Shown one piece after another: positions 29,257 through 37,634 of a DNA stretch of 64,000 nucleotides; within the stretch, counting starts at the first letter, position 1; each line of letters begins with the position of its first letter. This DNA is from Flammeovirgaceae bacterium UBA2786 (GTDB lineage: Bacteria; Bacteroidota; Bacteroidia; Cytophagales; Cyclobacteriaceae): positions 10,987 to 74,986 of the forward strand of contig DEIA01000011.1 in NCBI GenBank assembly GCA_002352225.1, written 5' to 3'. The position numbers and the translations under genes were made by a program. Below the pieces are notes generated by a model, which saw only the letters and a list, made by a program, of their open reading frames with translations, was not told the DNA's origin and did no database searches.

Positions 29257-29615
29257 TGAATTGGTTTGAACTTACAACACCCACGCAACTAGATGCGCTA
29301 AGAGCCGAATCGCACCAACAGCCGGTAATTATTTTTAAACACAGTACAAGATGCTCCATTAGCCGGGCCGTACTGGACCGGGTAGAGCGCAACTGGAATC
29401 AGGAAGGTTTATCCGAGGTAAAACCATACTTTCTGGATTTGCTGGCACACCGGCCTATTTCCAATCAGATTGCATCCGAATTTGATATTGAACACGAATC
29501 GCCACAGCTGATTTTAATTCATCAGGGCAAACCACTTTATGCTCAATCGCATTATGGGATTGATGTGACTAAAATTAAACAGGCCCTGCAAAAGCCTGAG
29601 TTCATTAAAAATTAA
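29256..29615 (+). CDS. ytxJ: bacillithiol-system thioredoxin-like protein YtxJ
   Basis: The FKHSTRCSIS (T-C-x-x-S) monothiol motif and a length of about 119 aa. Its ATG overlaps the upstream stop (TAATG at 29254-29258). Confidence 0.8.
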   Translation: MNWFELTTPTQLDALRAESHQQPVIIFKHSTRCSISRAVLDRVERNWNQEGLSEVKPYFLDLLAHRPISNQIASEFDIEHESPQLILIHQGKPLYAQSHYGIDVTKIKQALQKPEFIKN

Positions 29616-30012
29616 ACACCACAGTTTGTTTTACACTTTCGGCCAGGCTTAAAGCAACCGGGCAAGTAAGGGCAGCATTCTTCAGCTTTTGTTTCTGTAC
29701 TTCTGTAGCAACTAATGCCGGGTGGGTAAACGTAATTTGTACTTCTGCTATTTTACGCGGGTTACTGGCCATCACTTTAACCACTTCGGTAGTAAGACCT
29801 TTTAAAACAATTGCTTCGCGTTCGGCAACCATGCCCATAATCGTCATCATGCAACTGCTTAACGCTGCACATACCAGATCGGTAGGGCTAAAAGCTTCGC
29901 CTCTGCCATTGTTATCGGTAGGAGCATCTGTAACTACTAAATTTCCCGATTTTAGATGTTTTGCCTGTGTGCGCAGGTTACCCAGGTATTCAACTGTAGC
30001 CATATTTGCCAT
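29605..30012 (-). CDS. OsmC-family peroxiredoxin-like protein
   Basis: 135 aa with two conserved Cys contexts (LSSCMM and LTCPV) typical of OsmC/Ohr. Confidence 0.8.
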   Translation of the reverse strand: MANMATVEYLGNLRTQAKHLKSGNLVVTDAPTDNNGRGEAFSPTDLVCAALSSCMMTIMGMVAEREAIVLKGLTTEVVKVMASNPRKIAEVQITFTHPALVATEVQKQKLKNAALTCPVALSLAESVKQTVVFNF

Positions 30013-30081
30013 AACAACTCTATTTTTTCTGCGTTAGTTAGTTTACTTTTAATTCTTCGAAAGGAACGAAATACCGGTGGT

Positions 30082-30819
30082 ATGAAGCAAGTTTTAAATC
30101 TGGTTCTGGTTAGTTTGTTGGGGCTCTCAATACATGCTGTGCAAGCCCAAACACAAGACAGCTATGAATATAATTCGGAATTTACCTGGGGGATAAATAA
30201 AAACTCAGCCGGTGGATTTATTGGCGGGCTTGTATTTAAAAAGGCAAGAAAACTTAACACCAACATGCTCGAGACGTATGGTCTGGAGATTATGAATGTT
30301 AAACATCCGCAGGAAGTAAGACATAGCTCCGTTTATACCGGTAATTTTTTCATTTACGGTAAGAGTAATTACTTGTATACCTTCCGGTTTCAATACGGCC
30401 GCGATCTTATATTATTTTCAAAAGCACCACAGCAAGGTGTAGAGATAAAAGCCGTTTTTGCGGCCGGCCCCAGTTTAGGCATTGTTGCCCCCTATTACAT
30501 TGAAAGAACTGTGGATAATAGCATTTGGACTTCCAGGCGCGAACAGTATAACCCATCAAATCCCGATCATGCTTATTCTAATATCCTGGGAACGGGAAAT
30601 CTTTTTGAGGGTATTAGCGATTCCAAAATACAATTAGGCGGCAACATTAAGGCAGCTATTAATTTCGAATTAGGTTTTTTAAAATCGCAGGTTACGGGCT
30701 TTGAAGTGGGCGTTTTGGTAGATTCTTACTTTAAAAAGGTTGAATTAATGCCCTCGTCCGAGAACAAAGCCATATTCCCTACAGTGTTTTTCACAATGTT
30801 CTACGGCAACCGTAAATAA
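30082..30819 (+). CDS. hypothetical exported protein
   Basis: The ATG at 30082 gives the signal peptide MKQVLNLVLVSLLGLSIHAVQAQ. The longer ORF from 29956 would overlap the osmC-like gene. No family recognised. Confidence 0.55.
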   Translation: MKQVLNLVLVSLLGLSIHAVQAQTQDSYEYNSEFTWGINKNSAGGFIGGLVFKKARKLNTNMLETYGLEIMNVKHPQEVRHSSVYTGNFFIYGKSNYLYTFRFQYGRDLILFSKAPQQGVEIKAVFAAGPSLGIVAPYYIERTVDNSIWTSRREQYNPSNPDHAYSNILGTGNLFEGISDSKIQLGGNIKAAINFELGFLKSQVTGFEVGVLVDSYFKKVELMPSSENKAIFPTVFFTMFYGNRK

Positions 30820-30913
30820 TTTCGCTAAAAAATTCTGGATTTTCCGTGACTGGCCTGCGTCAAGTGTATTCTATTGTTATATTTGAAATTCCTAAACTGT
30901 AAAGATTTCGTGT

Positions 30914-31588
30914 ATGGAAGCTAAAAAGACCGATAAAGCCGATTTGACCAAAAAAACGTCCTTTTTCTTTAGTATTGGACTGTTGGTAACGCTTGGCATT
31001 ACTTTCATGGCCTTTGAATGGAAAAGCTATGATGACAACCTGGTAGATCTTCAGGGTAAAAGCACAAACGTGTTTGAAGAACTTATAGAGGTACCTCCTA
31101 CCGAGCAGCCACCTCCACCCGCCCCAATCATTCAGCAGCCTCAAATTGTTGAGGTGCCCGATGAAGAAGAAATCAAAGAAGATATTCAACTTAAATTTGA
31201 CGTGGAAGTAACCGAAGAAACGAAAGTAGAGGAGGTTATTGTTGCGCCCGTTGAAGAAAAGGAAGATGTAGATCAAATCTTTAGCGTAGTAGAAGAAACT
31301 GCTGAACCTAAAGGTGGCATGCCTGCCTTCTACAAATATATAAGTGAGAAAATGAAGTATCCGGCTCAAGCCCGCAGGATGGGTGTTGAAGGACGTGTAT
31401 TCGTGGAGTTTGTTGTTAATCGCGATGGTTCTATTGTAGATGTAAAGTTTATTAAAGGGATTGGAGCAGGTTGCGATGAGGAAGCCGTGCGCGTGGTACA
31501 AAGTGCGCCTGCCTGGAAACCAGGTAAGCAAAGAGGAAAACCTGTACGTCAGAAAATGGTTATTCCAATCATTTTCAAACTAGGTTAA
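30914..31588 (+). CDS. energy transducer TonB
   Basis: N-terminal TM anchor, Pro/Glu-rich linker (EQPPPPAPIIQQPQIVEVPDEEE), and a C-terminal TonB_C domain (PAFYKYI...YPAQARRMGVEGRVFVEFVV). Confidence 0.9.
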   Translation: MEAKKTDKADLTKKTSFFFSIGLLVTLGITFMAFEWKSYDDNLVDLQGKSTNVFEELIEVPPTEQPPPPAPIIQQPQIVEVPDEEEIKEDIQLKFDVEVTEETKVEEVIVAPVEEKEDVDQIFSVVEETAEPKGGMPAFYKYISEKMKYPAQARRMGVEGRVFVEFVVNRDGSIVDVKFIKGIGAGCDEEAVRVVQSAPAWKPGKQRGKPVRQKMVIPIIFKLG

Positions 31589-31599
31589 TTCTTGAAATA

Positions 31600-31642
31600 A
31601 AAAAAACGAAGAGCCCGGGCCAACACCCGGGTTTTTTGTTTT
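31600..31642. terminator. bidirectional rho-independent terminator between tonB and chrA
   Basis: An A-run, then stem CCCGGG (31614-31619) / CCCGGG (31626-31631) with loop CCAACA, then TTTTTTGTTTT. Confidence 0.75.
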
Positions 31643-31654
31643 ATGTGGCTCCGG

Positions 31655-32866
31655 TTACATAACAAACCCGCACCCGAGCCCGATGATAATTATCACCCAG
31701 GAAGGAATTTTAGTAAAGGCTACAAACAGAAAAGTAACTACTGCAAACCCAATATTAGTAAGAATAGCTGAAGTGCTCTGATCCATTACCAGCGGTTGAA
31801 ATAACAACACTGCAGCGGCCACAACAAGACCTGCGTTGGCCGCATTAATTCCCTCAAGCGAGGCCCGTATTGGCCTGAATTTTTTCAAACTCTCCCAGAT
31901 GCGAATCATAAAAAAAATCAAAAATGTACCTGGTAAAAAAATTCCTGCAGCAGACATAATGGCTCCAATCACCTCACCGGCAATACCATAATCGCGCATT
32001 GCCAGCGCTCCTATATACGAACTAAATGAAAACACCGGGCCAGGCAACCCCTGTACAAATGCATAGCCCGAAAGAAATTCTTCAGAGGTGAGGTATTGTT
32101 TGGGTGCATACTGTACAAACTCTGTGTACAACATAGGTGTGAGCACCTGGCCCCCGCCAAAAATCAAACTCCCGTTACGGTAAAAATTTTCAAATAAGCG
32201 AATAGGTAAAAATTCGGGAATTGATTTAGTCGCTGCTCCCAGCAAAGCAGCAAAAATTAATACCCCCGCCCATAAGAAAAAGTTAGCCCACGATACATCA
32301 AATTTTTGCTTCTTCTGGCGTGGATGGGCTTTGTAATTAAGTGCTGTAACTAAACCCGCTACTAACAAAATGAGTGGGAACACCACTGGCGATTTACTGA
32401 AATATGTGGCCACACCAGCTAAAATCATTATTATCAGCCCTCGTTTTGTAGTTACTGTTTTTAAACTAATGGCATATGCTGCATACGCAACAAACCCAAC
32501 TGCCATGGGTTGAATAAATCGTGTGAACTCAAGCGATGCATTTTTATTGGCAAAACTATTGATAAGAATACCGCCTATTGTCATAATAGCCACCGAGGGC
32601 AACATCCAAATCAAGAGTGTAAGGTACGCCAGTTTTGCGCCTCCTAACCGGTAACCAATAGCAGAAAGGGTTTGTGTTGAACTTGGACCCGGCACCACCT
32701 GGCACAATGCATTTAACTCTATCAACTCATTTTCAGAAATGTAGTTGCGCTTTTGTACTAACACATTCTGAAAGTGTGCAATGTGTGCCTGCGGCCCGCC
32801 AAAACAAGTAACCGATAACAGGAATACGTCTTTTAGAAACTCGCTATACCGTATTCTTTGTTTCAC
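31655..32866 (-). CDS. chrA: chromate transporter (CHR family, two-domain)
   Basis: The CFGGPQAHIAHF motif and a duplicated CHR domain architecture. 403 aa. Confidence 0.85.
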   Translation of the reverse strand: MKQRIRYSEFLKDVFLLSVTCFGGPQAHIAHFQNVLVQKRNYISENELIELNALCQVVPGPSSTQTLSAIGYRLGGAKLAYLTLLIWMLPSVAIMTIGGILINSFANKNASLEFTRFIQPMAVGFVAYAAYAISLKTVTTKRGLIIMILAGVATYFSKSPVVFPLILLVAGLVTALNYKAHPRQKKQKFDVSWANFFLWAGVLIFAALLGAATKSIPEFLPIRLFENFYRNGSLIFGGGQVLTPMLYTEFVQYAPKQYLTSEEFLSGYAFVQGLPGPVFSFSSYIGALAMRDYGIAGEVIGAIMSAAGIFLPGTFLIFFMIRIWESLKKFRPIRASLEGINAANAGLVVAAAVLLFQPLVMDQSTSAILTNIGFAVVTFLFVAFTKIPSWVIIIIGLGCGFVM

Positions 32867-32872
32867 GGTGGC

Positions 32873-33844
32873 TTACTTTTTTAAACCAATTTCGCGAAGC
32901 CGCTGATTTAAAAATGCTCCGGCCGTTATATTGTCCCAGAGCTTTGGGTGCTGAGCATCTACACAAGAAGGTAATGCTGTTAAATCCATTTCCGATCGTG
33001 GATGCATGAAGAAAGGAATGGAATACCGTGGGGTATTCATTAAATGCCTTGGCGGGTTTACCACGCGGTGAATAGTTGATTTCAATTTTTTATTAGTAAG
33101 CCGTTCAAGCATATCGCCAACATTAACAACTAACTGTTCGGGTAAAGCCGTTATCGGAATCCATTTTCCATCTCTCCGCAACACTTGCAATCCATCGGCA
33201 CTAGCCCCCATTAATAAGGTTATTAAGTTAATATCACCATGTTCGGCTGCCCGCACAGCATCTTCGGGTACGGAATCCGGATCTTCTATAGGGAAGTAAT
33301 GAATAGGCCTAAGAATGCTATTACCATGATGTACTTTGTTATCAAAATAATCTTCCGGAAGGTTTAAATACAGTGCGATTGCCTTAAGCATCTGCACTCC
33401 TGTTTTTTCTAAGCGTTTATATACATCAAGTGCTATTTCTTTAAACTCAGGAAGTTCTGTGGGCCATACATTATCTGGATATTCTTTCTTTATTGGGTCG
33501 TTATCCAGCACTTCTTGTCCTACATGATAAAACTCCTTAAGATCGCCTGTGTTTCTTCCTTTGGCATGCTCTTTCCCCTTGCCAATATAACCCCGCTGTC
33601 CGGCCAGGCCCGGTATTTCATATTTCTGCTTAACGGAATCGGGTAACGCATAAAACTTCTTTATAACGCTGTACAGGTTAGCGGAAAGTTCATCGGTGAG
33701 ATAATGATTTTTAATTGCTACAAAACCAATATTGTTGTAGGCACTGCCCAATTGTTCAACAAATTTTGCTTTGCGTTGCGTATCGCCATCGGTAAAATCA
33801 GCCAGATCCAGCGAAGGTATTACATCAAACAACATATCAGCCAT
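32873..33844 (-). CDS. 2-oxoglutarate/Fe(II)-dependent oxygenase (isopenicillin N synthase family)
   Basis: The HxD...H facial triad context (AEHGDINLITLL ... STIHRV) and the N-terminal DIOX_N-like region. Confidence 0.8.
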   Translation of the reverse strand: MADMLFDVIPSLDLADFTDGDTQRKAKFVEQLGSAYNNIGFVAIKNHYLTDELSANLYSVIKKFYALPDSVKQKYEIPGLAGQRGYIGKGKEHAKGRNTGDLKEFYHVGQEVLDNDPIKKEYPDNVWPTELPEFKEIALDVYKRLEKTGVQMLKAIALYLNLPEDYFDNKVHHGNSILRPIHYFPIEDPDSVPEDAVRAAEHGDINLITLLMGASADGLQVLRRDGKWIPITALPEQLVVNVGDMLERLTNKKLKSTIHRVVNPPRHLMNTPRYSIPFFMHPRSEMDLTALPSCVDAQHPKLWDNITAGAFLNQRLREIGLKK

Positions 33845-33875
33845 AGGTAATAAATTAGGATTACAAGCTAATTAT

Positions 33876-33936
33876 TTTCGGTAAATTTACCCACATGCCA
33901 AAAATTCGGGCATGATATTGGTCAGATTTACCGAAA
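33876..33936. promoter_or_regulatory. nested inverted repeat in the divergent 2OG-oxygenase/SOD intergenic region
   Basis: A perfect 11-bp inverted repeat, TTTCGGTAAAT (33876-33886) / ATTTACCGAAA (33926-33936), encloses a 6-bp hairpin CATGCC (33894-33899) / GGCATG (33909-33914). It ends 20 nt before the SOD ATG. Confidence 0.4.
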
Positions 33937-33955
33937 CACAAAACTCAACTGTATT

Positions 33956-34654
33956 ATGGAAACTATCAATAGAAGAAAGTTTGTAAAACAGACTATTACT
34001 GCTGCTGCCGCTCTGGCAGTACCTGCTTCAGTTTTTGCCCATGAAACAAGGGCTGCGCTTCAGTTTACACAGGTGGTCTTACCCTATGCCGCAAATGCGC
34101 TGGAACCTAATATTGATGCGCTTACTATGGAAATCCATTACGGCAAGCATCATGCCGCTTATATCAAAAATGTAAACGATGCCATTGCTGCCGAGAATAT
34201 TCCCTATTCCACAGAGAAAGATTTTTTTGCCAATGCTTCAAAACTTTCTGCGAAAGCAAAAAATAATGGTGGCGGTGCATGGAACCATAACTTTTTTTGG
34301 CAGGTGATGAGTCCTAATGCCAGTGGCACCCCGTATGGTAAACTGGTAGCAGCATTAGATGGTGCCTTTGGTTCTGTACCTAAGTTTAAAGAACAGTTTA
34401 CGGCTGCTGCTATGAGTCGTTTCGGATCGGGTTGGGCCTGGTTAGTAAAAGATGGTAACACCTTAAAAATAGGTAGTACACCCAATCAAGATAATCCCAT
34501 GATGGACAGTAGCGAATTGAAAGGCACTCCTTTATTGGCTTTGGATGTTTGGGAGCATGCTTATTATTTAAAGTACCAGAACAAGCGAAACGAATACGTA
34601 GCCAATTGGTGGAATGTGGTAAACTGGGATGAAGTTGCTAAACGATTGAATTAA
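33956..34654 (+). CDS. Fe/Mn superoxide dismutase with a twin-arginine signal peptide
   Basis: SOD motifs HYGKHHAAY and DVWEHAYY. The N-terminus METINRRKFVKQTITAAAALAVPASVFA-HE fits a Tat signal (RRxFxK plus AxA). Confidence 0.9.
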   Translation: METINRRKFVKQTITAAAALAVPASVFAHETRAALQFTQVVLPYAANALEPNIDALTMEIHYGKHHAAYIKNVNDAIAAENIPYSTEKDFFANASKLSAKAKNNGGGAWNHNFFWQVMSPNASGTPYGKLVAALDGAFGSVPKFKEQFTAAAMSRFGSGWAWLVKDGNTLKIGSTPNQDNPMMDSSELKGTPLLALDVWEHAYYLKYQNKRNEYVANWWNVVNWDEVAKRLN

Positions 34655-34661
34655 TCTACAT

Positions 34662-35123
34662 GTGAAAAAAATTCAATTGTTTTTGTTGTTGCTGACTTCA
34701 GCCATCTGCCTGAATGCACAAAACCGGCAGGAAATTAAGATGTACAAAACGTTTGGTGGTGCCCGATTTGAAATGGACTCGCTTGTATTAAGTCCAAAAC
34801 AAGTTTTGCAGATTTTAAATACTGAACCTCTTGCATTCGAAAAATTTAAAAAAGCAAAAGCCAATTACAATGCCGCAGGTGTATTGGGTTTTGCTGGTGG
34901 GGTTCTTATTGGGTTGCCTTTAGGAACGATGATTGGGGGAGGTAATCCGGAATGGGGGTTGGCTGTGGGGGGTGGTGTATTAATTTTGGGGTCATTATCG
35001 CTAACCCGTGTATTCAGAAGTCATGCGTTTGAAGCCATTGAACTATACAACGGAAAAACAGCACGCCTAAAACCACAGTTTCAATTTTACGGAACCGGGG
35101 CTCGTTTAGTGATGCGGTTTTAA
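34662..35123 (+). CDS. hypothetical exported / Gly-rich membrane protein
   Basis: Signal peptide MKKIQLFLLLLTSAICLNAQ (GTG start) and Gly-rich hydrophobic segments. Confidence 0.5.
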   Translation: MKKIQLFLLLLTSAICLNAQNRQEIKMYKTFGGARFEMDSLVLSPKQVLQILNTEPLAFEKFKKAKANYNAAGVLGFAGGVLIGLPLGTMIGGGNPEWGLAVGGGVLILGSLSLTRVFRSHAFEAIELYNGKTARLKPQFQFYGTGARLVMRF

Positions 35124-36149
35124 AATTTCCGGAGAATAAACACGGAGTATATCAGTTTCAATTTTTTCTTCTGCTACAAGTAAACCAGTAAATGCCGGTG
35201 CTGCTATACCTGAATAAAATTGACGCGATGAAGTAAAGACACGGGCCTCATCCCACAATCCCTGATTGATAAATAACGATAAGGTAGTGCTACCCCCTTC
35301 TACCATTACAGATTGAATTCCGATAGATACAAGGTGTTCCAAAAGTGACTCCAGAAAATTATTTTCTGGCAATCGAATTAATAGCAAATCAGGATGCTCC
35401 TCATGTTTCAATACATTGTAACAAATGGTTTTAACCGATCCATCAAATAGTGAAAGCGTATCAGGCAAACGCAAGAATCGGTCAATCACTAACCGCACAG
35501 GATTACGGCCCGACCAATGGCGCACAGTTAACACCGGGTTATCGTGTGCTGCTGTTTTTGTACCAATTAAAACCGCATCTTCTTCGCTACGCCATTTATG
35601 TACTACCTGCCGCGACTGCTCATTGCTGATCCACTTCGATTCGTAATTGGTGCGTGCGATAAAGCCATCGAGCGTTTGAGCCCACTTCAACATGATGTAG
35701 GGCCGTTGCTTTTCGTGAAATGTAAAAAATCGTTTATTCAGCTCTCGTCCCTCATGTTCTACTACTCCTTGTGCCACCTCAATGCCGGCTGCCTTTAGTT
35801 TAGCTATACCTTTCCCTCCCACCAGGGTATTCGTGTCTGTATTCGCAATTACTACTTTACCTACTTTATGCTGAATCAATAAATCGGCACAAGGGGGCGT
35901 TTTACCAACGTGTGCACAAGGTTCAAGATTAACGTAAACTGTACTTCCGGCAAGGTGATTTTTATCGGCCACACTATTTACCGCATTTGCTTCTGCATGA
36001 AGGCCGCCAAATTGCTTGTGCCAGCCTTCGCCAATTATTTTTCCGTCTTTCACAATTACACAACCTACTAATGGGTTGGGACTAACAGAACCCATACCCT
36101 GTCTGGCCAGTTCAAAACATCGGTGTATATAGTGTTGATCGGTGAGCAT
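35106..36149 (-). CDS. ribD: bifunctional riboflavin biosynthesis deaminase/reductase RibD
   Basis: CMP/dCMP deaminase zinc motif (HAE ... EPCAHVGKTPPC) followed by a RibD_C reductase domain. Confidence 0.92.
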   Translation of the reverse strand: MLTDQHYIHRCFELARQGMGSVSPNPLVGCVIVKDGKIIGEGWHKQFGGLHAEANAVNSVADKNHLAGSTVYVNLEPCAHVGKTPPCADLLIQHKVGKVVIANTDTNTLVGGKGIAKLKAAGIEVAQGVVEHEGRELNKRFFTFHEKQRPYIMLKWAQTLDGFIARTNYESKWISNEQSRQVVHKWRSEEDAVLIGTKTAAHDNPVLTVRHWSGRNPVRLVIDRFLRLPDTLSLFDGSVKTICYNVLKHEEHPDLLLIRLPENNFLESLLEHLVSIGIQSVMVEGGSTTLSLFINQGLWDEARVFTSSRQFYSGIAAPAFTGLLVAEEKIETDILRVYSPEILKPHH

Positions 36150-36183
36150 AGAAATTACTTACCTTGCAAAGATCAATTTCGGC

Positions 36184-37023
36184 ATGACCAATTCCAAAGA
36201 ACTTTTCAGCGAAGTAGTAAGGCGTATTAACCTGCCCGAAGCCAAAGCAGAAATTGAAAGCATTGCCCTCCTGTTGTTGGAAAAGAAGTGGAATATTAAT
36301 CGTACGGATATTCTGGCTCAAAAGCCCATACAGCTAGAGTGGAATGAAATTGACTCTTATATTCAACGAATCAATACGCACGAACCTATACAATATATCT
36401 TAGGTGAAACAGATTTTTATGGAAGATCTTTTCGGGTTAATTCTTCCGTGTTGATACCCCGACCCGAAACAGAATTGTTGGTTCAGGAAATTATACACCA
36501 CAGCAAACCGGGTGCTAACCCTTTAGCTATGCTCGATATTGGTACCGGTAGTGGCTGCATTGCTATCTCGCTTGCATTGGAGTTGAAATGTACAATGAAG
36601 GCCATTGATGTAAGTTCGGTTGCACTTGCTGTTGCCCGGGAAAATGCCACCCGGCTGAAAGCAAATGTTCATTTTATGGAATCTGATATTTTAAGTGATC
36701 CGCTTACAGAAAAGTTTGATGTGATAGTAAGTAACCCGCCATACATCTCGCAACACGAAAAACAAAGTATAAAATCTAATGTACTGAAATACGAACCGCA
36801 CACGGCATTATTTCCAGCCGGTGATGACCCGCTTTTGTTTTATCGTGTAATTGCAGCGCAGGCAAAAGACACATTAAACCCGAATGGCTCGTTGTGGTTT
36901 GAGATTAATGAGCACCATGGAAAAGAGATTTGTGAGATTATGTACTCTGCCGGGTTTGGGACTGTGGAATTACTTAAAGATTGGAGCGGAAAGGATAGAG
37001 TAGTATGGGGAAAGATTATTTGA
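36184..37023 (+). CDS. prmC: release factor glutamine N5-methyltransferase PrmC
   Basis: DIGTGSGCI SAM motif and the VSNPPYI (NPPY) motif. The start is placed at the ATG at 36184 because the longer frame from 36142 overlaps the ribD start. Confidence 0.88.
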   Translation: MTNSKELFSEVVRRINLPEAKAEIESIALLLLEKKWNINRTDILAQKPIQLEWNEIDSYIQRINTHEPIQYILGETDFYGRSFRVNSSVLIPRPETELLVQEIIHHSKPGANPLAMLDIGTGSGCIAISLALELKCTMKAIDVSSVALAVARENATRLKANVHFMESDILSDPLTEKFDVIVSNPPYISQHEKQSIKSNVLKYEPHTALFPAGDDPLLFYRVIAAQAKDTLNPNGSLWFEINEHHGKEICEIMYSAGFGTVELLKDWSGKDRVVWGKII

Positions 37024-37049
37024 TTTGATCTAATAAAATTTTCCATTGG

Positions 37050-37634
37050 CTAATTCAACCATTCTCCCACCCAAAAAGATTGTTCTCCCTGCAGAGTCAA
37101 TATCCCATCCTGTTTCGCAACTAGTTTTCCATTTACCAATTGTGGTATTTTTGTGTGAACGTTTTCGGGTAAAACAAAAAGCATTGTTCCGGCTGCTATC
37201 CATTTTTCAAACCGACCGGATTTAATACGACTCCAACGTTTACTCTCAAAGAACGCTTCCACATCACCGGTAAACTCCTCCAGTGTGCTTAATGTGTTTT
37301 CATCTGATGCCAGTACGTTCATGGCAGGAATGTGCCGGGCCGCCAGAATTTCTATTGCCTTGCTTAAAGGAATTTCATTTATACTAAATGAAACTATTTC
37401 AATTGGGTATTGATCTTTCGTTCGGTCAATCCAAATTTCCTCCTCGCCCGCAGGCACCAGCACTACATCTATTTTAATTCCCCACCCCACTACTATTTCT
37501 ATTTGTGAATGTAAAACAACAATAATGGGCATCCATTCTAAAAGCTCCTGTACTCTTTCAAGGGGAATGGCGTGCGCATTCAGAATAACTAATGCGGGTT
37601 CCTGATTTTCGCGTACAATGTGGTGGCTGGACAT
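37050..37634 (-). CDS. hypothetical protein, last gene of the amidoligase operon
   Basis: 194 aa. Its ATG overlaps the upstream stop (TAATG, sharing nt 37634). N-terminus MSSHHIVRENQEPALVILN. No confident family assignment. Confidence 0.6.
   Translation of the reverse strand: MSSHHIVRENQEPALVILNAHAIPLERVQELLEWMPIIVVLHSQIEIVVGWGIKIDVVLVPAGEEEIWIDRTKDQYPIEIVSFSINEIPLSKAIEILAARHIPAMNVLASDENTLSTLEEFTGDVEAFFESKRWSRIKSGRFEKWIAAGTMLFVLPENVHTKIPQLVNGKLVAKQDGILTLQGEQSFWVGEWLN

Noticed and set aside
29956-30081. N-terminal extensions offered by the ORF track here, and also at 29235-29255, 36142-36183, 51023-51064 and 49686-49712.
   Set aside because: In each case an internal ATG gives a proper signal peptide or a conserved N-terminus, and it removes overlap with a neighbouring gene or creates a typical ATGA/TAATG coupling.
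30860-31531. A 223-aa ORF antisense to tonB.
   Set aside because: The plus-strand frame has unmistakable TonB architecture. The antisense product is low-complexity (F/N/Y-rich) with no motifs.
37050-37634. Calling the 194-aa ORF a thiamine diphosphokinase on the basis of its MSSHHIVRENQEPAL N-terminus.
   Set aside because: I only have a vague recollection that similar N-termini are annotated this way. I could not find the expected catalytic Asp-rich motif by eye, so I left it as hypothetical.
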